Assembly: GCA_951406725.2 (NCBI GenBank)
Contig: OX597831.1
Location: 44,640,001 to 44,704,000 of the forward strand
Source of the DNA: Octopus vulgaris
Taxonomy: Eukaryota
DNA length: 64,000 nt
Direction: 5' to 3'
Within the stretch, counting starts at the first letter, position 1, and the number at the start of each line of letters is the position of its first letter. The translations under genes were made by a program, and so were the position numbers. Below, one piece after another: positions 1 to 11,923 of this stretch. The notes below the pieces were generated by a model. It was not told the origin of the DNA and searched no databases. It saw only the letters and a program-made list of their open reading frames with translations.

Positions 1-278
1 AGCCATGTTATGAGCTTAGAATATAATAATAATAATAATAATAACATGGATCAAATTCATATTTTATAATCCAACAGTAACGAATAGGTAAAAGTGTAAA
101 AACTGCCACAGCATTCAAGTTGATTATTCTCCTCTGAATATTCTTATAAGATTTAACAGGTTCATGGTAGATGTAACTCATTAATGAGTTTAATTTGGTT
201 GATGATTAAAACATCAGAAAAAAAAAAGGGGGCAGAGAGAGGGGATTTTTAAAAAAAACAATGAAGTGTTATGGGAGG

Positions 279-314
279 CTATAATACATGGCGACAGACA
301 GGGCACGTACCAGA
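279..314 (-). CDS. Coding exon 7 (RING-H2 end and stop; 3'UTR continues toward position 1)
   Basis: ttttcttctctttctag|TCTGGTACGTGCCCTGTCTGTCGCCATGTATTATAG translates to SGTCPVCRHVL*. Confidence 0.93.
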   Translation of the reverse strand, partial: SGTCPVCRHVL

Positions 315-3300
315 CTAGAAAGAGAAGAAAATAGATAGGATTTAGTTACTTTCACAATTTCACATATTTATTGAACATGAAAAACAAATTATAATTTTTT
401 GATAACATAAAATGGTAAAATATTTATAAATTTTTATATATAAAAAAAAGGTAAAATATTTAAAAAATTTTATATATAAAAACAAATAGTAAAATATTTT
501 AAAATTTAAATATAAATATTTGGTCGACCTGGGGTCATAGTAGAAGACACTTGCCCAAGGTACCATGCAGTGGGACTGAACCCAGAACCATGTGGTCGGG
601 AAACAAGGTTCTTACCACACAGCCAATCCTTCTTATAATCCAGTTTTTGTTTTTCTCTCGCCCACTTGTGCTTCACTATTCACACACATACACACACACA
701 CACTAACATGAAGCAAGCTCATCACATTACTTTGCATTTAATAATGCTCCATGTTTTGCTACCATGCAATACCATACTTCATATACAAAGTGTCATGCAG
801 TATGCCTGATCTGGACAGAAAATTCCCTTGTTGCCACAAGAGGCAACACCGGAAATTCTTTCTATCCCGTCCTAACTCTGGCTAAAATTCTTTCATTGTT
901 TATTAGATTATCTAAATAACAGAAACTGTCAATTACTTCGACAGAATATTCCAGGCACTTTTTAAAGAATTCATTTCATGGGATTGCTCTTAGTGCTACC
1001 AACTTCTCTATGCATCTACGACATATGAATACCTTCTATTCTATCAGCCAGCCTATGACCCCACACCATGTCTTCTACAACCATTGTTTACAACCATTAT
1101 ACAACAGCAGAGGGTTCAACCTAAATATTTTATGTATTTGTGAAAGACAACTATCTCAAACTGCCGGCATCGGTTGTTAGTTGTCGGAGCACTGCATCCA
1201 TCAAAACTTCCATGCTTCCTGAGATTCGCCAACACTACACTTGATTTTCTCCCCTCCATACACACACAAGCATGTATCTAACTCATACATTGTTCGCCTT
1301 CCAGACATTTCTACATTACTGCATGTACTTTATATGCACTTTCTGACAAGTTGTGGTGCACCTGAGCACTGTATACAATAATTTCATTATTATTTTAATT
1401 TGGAAAACTAAATATGAAAGAAGAAAAAGTTTCAAAGCTCTTTAAAAAAACAACATAAAAAATAATTGGCTTTATTCAATTTGTTACATTAAAAATAAAA
1501 TTGAAATTTTCAAGTTAGAAGCAGTACTATAATGTAAACATTATCAATGTCACATAAGGTATGTGTGTTGTTAAATACTTTCTGACTGCAGTATTTCATC
1601 CAGGGGTAAGTCCCTTTAGTATTTAAACAGGTCATACCTAGCCAAAATATCCCAGCTGTTTTATATTCAAACTAGCCAGATCTGGCCCCTCCCCCTCCAA
1701 CCCTACAATATCATTCTCGAAATTAGCAGTTACCTCATCAAAATCTCAAAGCTACAAGATGATGCATGATTTAATTTAACCCTTTAGTGTTCAGATTATT
1801 TTATCAAATATAATGCTTATTGATTCCCATTGATTTGAATTAATCATGCATTATCTCATATCTTCAAGATCTTGATGGTGTAATTACTTAATATAGAATA
1901 ACATTGTAGGGTAGGTGTGAGGGCCTGGATCTGGTCAGTTTGAACATAAAACAGATTAAATATTTTGGCCGGATATGGCCGGTTTAAATACTAAAGGGTT
2001 AAAACAATGTGAATAAATAAGCATTACTTTTGACAGAATAATCTGAATGCTAAAGGGTTAAAGACATAGAATGTTAAAAAACACGGATTGTATACTTTGA
2101 AGCCAGGTGAAACGAACTGCTTTTGAGGCGAATGAGAATGACCTGTTAATATTTTTTGTTTCAGCTAGTTGGTGCCACATACTCAATTTGACTTTGAGTT
2201 GAATTCAAACTGTCGACCTCAAATATATACATATAGCATATAATCTATCTGCTAATGTTGTACAAATAAAAGAAAATTTTAATTCTGAATCAGAAGTAGC
2301 TCTAATAACCTGAATATTATTGAGGTCACATATCTGAAGCATGCGTGTTATTAAACGCTTCATGATTGCAGTATTTTGTACAGGGAAGGTCCCTTTAAAG
2401 ACATACGATGTTAAAAATCACACATTGTATACTTCAAAGGCAAGCAAGACAAACTGTTGCTGAGGTGAATGAGAACTACAGACATTGATATTTCAATTAT
2501 TTCGGCTCATCATATATTTGATTTGAACTCTAGACAAATTCAAACTGTTGGCCCCAAGTATATACAGATATCATAAAATCTATCTGCTGATGTGCAACTG
2601 TGCTACACAAGTAAAACAAAACTCAAAAATTTGAGTTAGAAGCAGCTCTATATTGTGACATTATCAATGTCACAATCTTGATGTATGTGGGTTGTTAAAT
2701 ACTTCCTGACTGCAGTATTTCGTCCAGGGAAGGTCCCTTTAAAGATGTACAATGTTTAAAAAACACACATTGTATACTTCAAAACCAGTTGAAACGAACC
2801 ACCTTGGAGGCAAATGGGAATGATACATCAATATTTTGTTTTTATTTCAGCTAACTGGTGCCACATACTTACATACTTAATTTGACTTTGAGTCAAATTC
2901 AAATTCCTGGCCTCAAGTATATAAAGATAGCATAAAATCTATCTCCTGATGTGAAACTGTGCTACACAAGTAAAACAAAACTCAAAATTTGAATCAGAAG
3001 CATAACAAACATTATCAATGTCACAATCTTGATGTATGTGTGTCGTTAAATGCTTCATGACTAGTATTTCATCCAGGGAAGGTCTCTTTAAAGACACACA
3101 GTATTGGTATTTAACAACACTCATAAATGAAGTACCTTAAGACATTGATAAAATGAAAATAGAAATCAATGTATTTTATCAGTCTGAGATTAAATCTGAA
3201 CAAGAGGAAAATTACTTGTATAATGCTTACCTTTATAAGCCATGCCCGAATACATAACATGTGGAAGAGATGATGACATGGTAGTTTAGCCATTTTCTCT

Positions 3301-6300
3301 TCTAATTCCCATGGACATAAACAGATTGGACAGCTGGCTTCTTCATCTTGAAATGAAAATAACTCTTGGTTAGATAACTACACACAACCGATTAGGCATA
3401 TTCATATGAACAAAATCATAACCCATACATTTTTGAACCCTCTACCATTAGATTATTCAGGATCAAAGGAGATAAATCCATCCATGAGTATTGACTTCTA
3501 CTTGGTACCAACAAGATCCAATTCATGTTATGGCAAACTAACAAGGGAACCTGTACATGGTAACCCAACCTGTTAGAAATAGCAGTCAAACCTCTTTCAA
3601 CTCATACTTTGTCTTAACCTTTTAACATTTAAACTGGATATATTCAGTTGAAGTATCCTACCTGTTTTATGTTCAAACTGGCCAGATTTGGCTTATCATA
3701 CCTAGCTGACAATGTCATTCTAAAAATAAACAATCACATCATCGAAATCTCAAAGCTATGAGATGATGCAGGATTACTTCAAACCAATATGAATAAATAA
3801 GCCTCGCCTGGCCCCCGTGCCGGTGGCACGTAAAAGCACCATCCGTTCGTGGCCGTTTGCCAGCTCCGTCTGGCTCCGTCTGGCTCCTGTGCGGGTGGCA
3901 CGTAAAAAGCACCCACTACACTCGCGGAGTGGTTGGCGTTAGGAAGGGCATCCAGCCGTAGAAACACTGCCAGATCAGACTGGGCCTGATGCAGCCTTCT
4001 GGCTTCACAGACCCCAGTTGAACCGTCCAACCCATGCTAGCATGGAAAACGGACGCTAAATGATGATGATGATGATATACTTGACTGAGTAATCTGAATG
4101 TCACAGGGTTAAAAGTAGGGTTGATTCTAACAGAGACTGAGCTCATATTCTAGAGAAACTAATTCTAAATATTACAAAGCATTTGATCTAACATTCTACT
4201 GCCAACATCAAACCATTATACTACAAATATTCCTCTTTCCTTATGCAGAAGAATCCACTTAAGACTTTTTTAAAGTAGAGTATATTATATAATCTCAACA
4301 TTGTCTGTCATCTCTATCTCTCTCCCTTGCTCCCTGAGGTGACATATTAGGAACAATATCAACAAAACTTGCTGGATTAAGATCCTTTATGAGGTAGCAA
4401 ACCAACAAGAATGGGGTGACCTGGCTTTCTAAATATAGCCTCCAAAATCCCTCTACTTCCTTAGATACACTATGTTTCTAAAAAAAGGATAATTTGGGCA
4501 TGGCTGGAATATCCTTGATCTTAGGCTAACAACAACAACTATTAATGAATTTTTCATTTTCTAAAATGTGAGTAGCTATGTAGCTCCTCTACAACAAAAA
4601 ACTTTATCCTACTTTACTTTCTCTTTGCATAAAATTTTTTCCTTGGAGTTAGTATTTGTGCAAGGTGATTAATTTGAACAAATATTGAAGGGCAAAAAAG
4701 AGAAAGCGTACATTAAATAATAGGACTTTGGTCTGAATAAAAGACTTGATAGTCCCAGTCAGAACGCTTTTGTCGATATATATCTCCTTAGTCAGAGCTG
4801 ACCTCGAGTCAAACAACAACAACCACTGTTCTGGTTACACCCACAAAAGGGAACTAAACTCAAAAATCAGTAATGCAAACTTGAAAAACAACTTGTCAGT
4901 TTAATATTATTCTTCCTGCTTCATGTGGTGAGTTGCTTTGATTGTTGTACATATTTACAGATAGGCAGACTGAGCTACATCAGAGTTTAGTATGTTTAAA
5001 TGACAAAAGGTAATAGCTGTTTCAAATTTTGGCATGAAGCCAGTAATTTTAGGGGGCGGGGGCTTAGTTTGATATTAATCCCCCACCCCCACACTCTGTA
5101 TTTAACTGGTACTTTATTTTATCAGCTCTGAAATGATGAAAAGCAAAGTTGATCCTGGTTGGATTTGAACTCAGAACATAAAGTGCAAGAAGAAATGCCA
5201 CACACTAAAAGCATTTCGTCCAACATGCTAAAGTCTTTGCCAACCTCCAGAAGACTAAAACACAAAAATGTACATTATACACACACACACACACAAAAAA
5301 AAACACATTTATAATTATCATTTGTACAAGAATACAAATTTAGAATTGCTCTAAAATAATTCTGGAGTTAGAAAGAGTTTGTACAAACCAAGCAACTAAG
5401 GTATTGTGATACTGACCGAGTTGGCTTTTATCAGCTTTGACACATCTTATCAGAGTGTATTTAAGTTAAGAATAGAAAATTTATCATCTAACAATGTATA
5501 AAGGTTATATCTCCGATTGCCCAGGACTTTGAGAAGGATGATTCCTAATAATCACTGGCGACATTGTTGTCAGATTATTCAGTGCATGAAGGCGGCGAGC
5601 TGGCAGAAATGTTAACATGCCGGGCGAAATGCTTAGTGGTATTTCGTCTTCTGTTATGTTCTGAGTTCAAATTCCACCAAGGTTGACTTTGCCTTTCATC
5701 CTTTCGGGGTCGATAAATTAAGTACCAGTTACGCACTGGGGTCGATGTAATCGACTTAATCTGTTTGTCTATCCTTGTTTGTCCTCTCTGTGTTTAGGCC
5801 CTTGTGGGTAGTAAAGAAATAGGTATTTTGTCTGTCTTTACGTTTTGAGTTCAAATTCCACCAAGGTTGACTTTACTTTTCATCCTTTCAGGATCGATAA
5901 ATTAAGTACCAGTTGCGTACTGGGGTTGATCTAATCGACTGGCCCCACCTCCCCCAAAATTTTGGGCCTTGTGCCTAGAGTAGAAAAGAATTATTCAGTG
6001 CATTGATACAATCGTTAGTGGTATTTAGTTGTATGTTCTGAGTTCAAATTACACCAAAGTCAACTTTCTTTTTGTTGTTCCAGGGTCAATAAACTAAAAT
6101 GCCAGTAAATACTAGGGTCAATTTAACCAACACCACCCCACAAATTTTTGGCCTTGTGCCTGAATTTGAAAGGAAAGTGTGATGTTAAGTTAGCAAAATT
6201 GTTAGAGATTTGAATAAAATGGTTTGCAACATTTAGTTATGTTCTCTCTGAGTTCAAATACTTCGCAGGCCAGCTTTGCCTGTCATCCTTCTGGGATTGA

Positions 6301-9300
6301 TAAAATCAAATATCAGACAAGTGCTGGAATCAATGGTATCAACTATCCCCATTTCCTCAAAACTGCAAACCTTGAGCCTGAATTAGAAACCGCATTATTA
6401 AGACAGTAAGCTAGTAGAATTGTTAGCACATCGGATGAAATATTAGAAGTATTTTTTCCTTGATCTTTACAGTCTGAGTTCAGCTTTGCTTTTCCTCTTC
6501 CTAGAATCAATAAAATATCACCTAGACTGGCCAGGCTGTCTAGTGCTGAGTTGGATCTGTGGGCCACAGCATTTGCTCAATTTTGCTTGTGTTCTTGCAA
6601 TAAGTTTACTGTTATTAGTGGCCCTTTTTTTTTTCGCCTTTAACCCTCCAACGTGGAGTATAGGCCACTTATAACTGAATTCCATGTCGCATAATTTTTC
6701 GCTTCTGTACTTATACTCTGCCATGAATGTCCCCCTTTCTCTAGTTCCTTTTGTGTTGATCTACGCCATGATTTCTTAGGCCTACCTTTCTTTCTATATC
6801 CATCCGGATTCCACTGTAAAGCACTTTTCGCTACATTTGGTGTGTCTTTTCTAATTGTGCTACCAATCCAGTTCCACTTTTTTTTAAATATTTGCTCCCT
6901 AATCGAAACTCGATTTGTTCTTTGCCATAGCTCCATATTGCTTATGTGTTCTGGCCATCTAATTCTAAGTATACTACGCAAGCATCTGTTGATGAATGAT
7001 TGTATTTGATTATTTGATTAAACTGTTGTTCACCATGTCTCAGCCCCATACAATAACACCGCTTTTATGTTAGTGTTAAAAATTCTTATTTTGTTCTTTA
7101 TTGAAATTACACTTGCGCTCCATGTGGGTCTTATAATTGTAACAGATCTATTTTATCTTTCTTGGAAATGAACGACGTTGCTTGTATGACAGTGACACTC
7201 ATTTACAACTTAAAGTATACCGACAGTTCGAAAAAGAAAGCAGCGAACTTAGGCTTTTATTTGCTTACAATTCGACCAACTCTTGAAAACAATATACACA
7301 TTTTAATTTACACTTATTCGGTAAGATACAAATATACACTATCAATATCCAGCCAAGTCCATATATTCAAACAAAAGAAGAGCCTACATATTTAAACAAA
7401 TGAACCAATATATTCACCTGTTTAATATTGAATCCACTCATTTTTAACTTTCCATTTAATATTCTAATAACACTTTATTATAATTTACAAGCACAAAGTC
7501 AGATGAAACGGGTTCAAATCCTATGGCTATTTTAGGGAATCAAATGACTGTATCTGAAAACTATAAAATACATCAGAAAGCCTTTCTACAATCTACATAA
7601 TTGCTTAAAATCACAACACAACTATGGAGAATGGCGAAAGCACAATAAAATATAGTACCAGTTTAAGTATTGGAGTCAATGTAATTGATATGCCCCTCCC
7701 ACTAAAAACTGCTGGCCTTTTACCAAAATCAGAAAGATAACGAAAAGATTTATTATTTATTTATTTTTGGAGTTGCCAGAAACATGTGTTTTATACAAAT
7801 TTAAGCTCACAAGTTTCTGCAAAATATTGGATTACTTTCTAAATTGTATTTACAGTAATCACTTGCCATATTGCAGTCTACCTATCATGTCCTCAGTACA
7901 TTGTGGATTTTTCTGGCTAATATATGTAAATTTATACCACAGACTTCTCAGTATATTGCGGGTTTCTGCAGCCAATAGGTATTTATATTTGTTTAGATTT
8001 TAATTATTTCTCTGATAAAATAAGCATTTTCACACCTAAAAATTAATAAATAAAAATACTGTACAGTATTACACTGTATAACACATTAATTAAAATATTA
8101 AAAGAAAATACTATGAGTACCATAGGTGAGTAAACAAAGAATTTCACATAGTGTATGGAAAACGAAACACGGGAGGAGAGTGTGCGGTGTTGTTTTGCTT
8201 TTGTGTGTAAAATTGTGAATTTATTTCAAGCCCTATGTTCTGCACCGTCTAAGACTTCTAGCAGTCAACCCAAGGACCAGAGGAAGATGCTTACTATAGC
8301 AGAAAAGGTGAGACTCCTCGACATGCTTAAAGAAGGTTGAAGGCATGCAGATGTAGGCTACCATTATGGTATCAATGTATCTACCGTTTGCTACATCAAG
8401 AAGGACGAAAAAATATAAGGGTGACAGCAAAAGTGACTTTTAATAAGACAGTGAAAAAGGTGGTAACGTCCTGCAATAAGGCCATTGTAAGAGGGCCAGT
8501 CGGGCGGTTCTGGCAACGACCACGCTCAAAAGGTGTTTTTACGTGCTACCTGCACGGGAGCCAGTCCAGCGGTACTAGCAACGACCATGCTCAAATGTTG
8601 TTTTTCACGTGCCACCGGCACACATGCTGGTAAGCCGACGCTAGCAACAATAACGCTCAAATGGTGCTTTTCCCGTGTCACCGGCACAGGAGCCAATCCA
8701 TGGCCCTGGCATCGATCACGCTCGGATATGCTTTTAACGTTCCAAGGGCACGAGTGCCAATCATAGGGTACTGTCATCGGCCACGTCAGCGATTTTGATT
8801 TGTTTATATTATCATATTTGTATCTACCATATAGCTTATTTTTTAAAAAGTTTAGTCAGGGAGAGAAGCCTGACGTCCATGGATCTTTGTCATGGTCACT
8901 AAGACTGAAGGGACAAAGAAGACGGATCTCGATATCTTCAAACTAGAGAACAAGTCTTATGCTACACGTTGGACTCTACAAAAGCGACTGATAGGCCAGG
9001 TAGTGGTGTTGAAATAGGCGACAACTAAGGGCAATCTTTCGTCTCTAGTAGACCTTTCCGTCGATTTCCGTAAAAAAATTTTTTTTTTTACATATGGGCT
9101 TGCGGGAACTTTTGAAGTAATGAGAGCGAAAGAGACTAAGAGAAAGCGATTGTATGACGAGGGAAGTTCTTTTGAAGTTACCGTGCATGGCAAGCATTGA
9201 TGTACATGTGTGTGTGTGTGTTTGATGGGGTGTGGGAGACAGACAGTATGTTGTGTAAGTGAAGTACTTCTGTTAGTGTGTGTGAAGAGACAGAGAGAGT

Positions 9301-10180
9301 AATGTGTCTCTTTCGCTCTCATTACTTCAAAAGTTCCCGCAAGCCCATATGAAAAAAAAATTTTTACGGAAATCGACGGAAAGGTCTACTAGAGACGAAA
9401 GATCGCTCAACTAAGTCTTTTACCCTTATACCACCATAGCTAAAATATGACGATCCACAGAAAAGTGAGAGTTTCAATAATTTACAAAAGGTGATAGAAA
9501 CGACGGACAATACGCGTTGAAGTCTCCTCTCACTCTCCTCTCTCAGTGTGGTTTGCAAGTCGATCGAAGGGAAGTAACTCACTGAAAGGACAACTCGGGT
9601 GAATCGAACCATTTGATAAAATAAGCGAGACGAGTAATTGGGTTAATTATAAAATGACAAAATATCATCAAAAGCAGTGTTCCATCATGGTTGCGGTCTA
9701 ATGACTGAAACTAGTAAAAGAATAACTTACGAGATGTAATGAAGAATAGGAAAACTAGAGAATATTTATGATTAGGACAGACGCAGGTATGATCGTGTTG
9801 CGAAGTTTGCTTCCTAAACACATGGTTTTGGGTAAACACGGCATGGCACTTTGGGCAAGTGTCTTATACTACACCCCTGGGCCAATAAAAGCCTTGTGAA
9901 TGGATTTGGTAGGCAGAAATTGAAAGAAGGCGACGAGCTGGCAGAAACGTTAGCACGCCGGGCAATATGCTTAGTGGTATTTCGTCTGCCGTACACGTTC
10001 TGAGTTCAAATTCCGCCGAGGTCAATTTGCCTTTCATCCTTTTGGGGTCGATAAATTAAGTACCAGTGACGCACTGGGGTCGTTGTAATCGACTTAATCC
10101 GTTTGTCTCTTCTTGATTGTCCCCTCTATGTCTAGCCCTTTGTGGGCAATAAAGAAATAAGAAACTGAAGGAAGCCCAAA

Positions 10181-10224
<44 letters not shown>

Positions 10225-11024
10225 AGTGAATTGAAGAAATGGAGTTGAACGAAGATTGAACAGAAATCGTTTTATTGCATTCTACACGTGTTTCGAAAGG
10301 CACAATTTACCAAATTCCGATTGAATAATGAGACCATATTGTGTCTTTCTCTTCAGGAAGAAATAGGAAATCCGTTGGAATAAACAAAAACAGAACAGAG
10401 GCGGAGCAAAACAAATCGAACGAGGCTCCTAAGAGCCCATGGCCAAACTGTTTATCAATGTATGTTGAAAACGGGTGGTGGGTGCGTTGAAGATTTTAAC
10501 GGGTCAGGCAGCGGTCATTTCGGTGGGTGAGGGCACGGGGTGCGTAGATGTTCTTTGTGACCGAGACTAAAGTTCTGACTATTTAAAGAATATTAGGTGT
10601 ATTATATGGGGCGAGACAAAATCTACTTAGAGACATGTGTGTGTGTACTGTTCTATATATGTGTGCGGCTGCAAGTTGGTAAGAAGCGCTACATTCTGGT
10701 CACTGCTGAGAACTCCGTCAAGGGGTAGAAAATATTTTATGTGTACGTGTGTGCATTTGATCGCGCGGCCGTCAGTTGGTAAACAGCTCTACCCAATGGT
10801 CACTGCTGTAGAATGCAATAAAACGATTTCTGTTCAATCTTCGTTCAACTCCATTTCTTCAATTCACTAATAATATTAAAATTCAATTATCCGCACTAAC
10901 GCACGGTTGCAACACCATATGGTTGTACCTCCAACCGTGCTGTCTTCTGCTGTGATTTTTGCTACCAAGGTATCGGTTAAACTTTTGATTAATCTGCAAC
11001 AAGATTATTCATCTTTCTATTTCA

Positions 11025-11060
<36 letters not shown>

Positions 11061-11873
11061 TCCTCATTTAACGTCTGATTTCCATGCTGGCATGAGTTAA
11101 ACGGTTTGACGGCAACTGGTAAACTGGAGAGCTGCACCAGGTTCCAGTCTGATTTGGCATGATTTCTACGGCTGGATGCCCTTCCTAACGCCATCTACAT
11201 ATGTACATACATGCTTCTGTCTCTTTGTCATGGCTGTAAATGAGTGTCATTCATTTCCAAAATAAAAGAGATATGTTACAATTATAAAACCCACAAGTGC
11301 CACAAATAACAGTAACCTTATTCGTATATATTTTTTTTTTTTTGCTCAATTTGTAATAAAGACAGGCTTACTGATATCTTCCTGTGTCACAACGACAGTC
11401 TGCAAGTTGTCAATGAGAGTCAGAGGAGCAGGGGGTGGGGCTTGATCATTGAGTAAATCTGGATGGACAGCCAGCATCTGCAAAATAACATTCTGTTAAA
11501 GAGAAAAATACAAAGCAACTTTAGAAGTAATTAAGCAAAAAAAAAAAAAAAGGACAAGATGAGTTCATAGTTGATTAACATGGAAGAGGACAGAAGATTA
11601 AATACTATGATAAATCATTGTTGTTCTCCCACTAATGCTAAAGAATGAGACAGGACGTTTTGTAAAGCGACCCTGATTTAAAGTGTTAATACACAGATGG
11701 CAGTTAATATTCTGAGAGAGGCTGTGTGGTAAGTAGCTTGCTAACCAACAACATGGTTCCGGGTTCAGTCCCACTGCGTGGCATCTTGGGCAAGTGTCTT
11801 CTGCTATAGCCTCGGGCCGACCAAAGCCTTGTGAGTGGATTTGGTAGACGGAAACTGAAAGAAGCCTGTCGTA

Positions 11874-11923
<50 letters not shown>

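Noticed and set aside
7495-7585. CTGATG/GAAAC strings suggesting another hammerhead
   Set aside because: The core boxes are not in the right order and strand with pairing stems.
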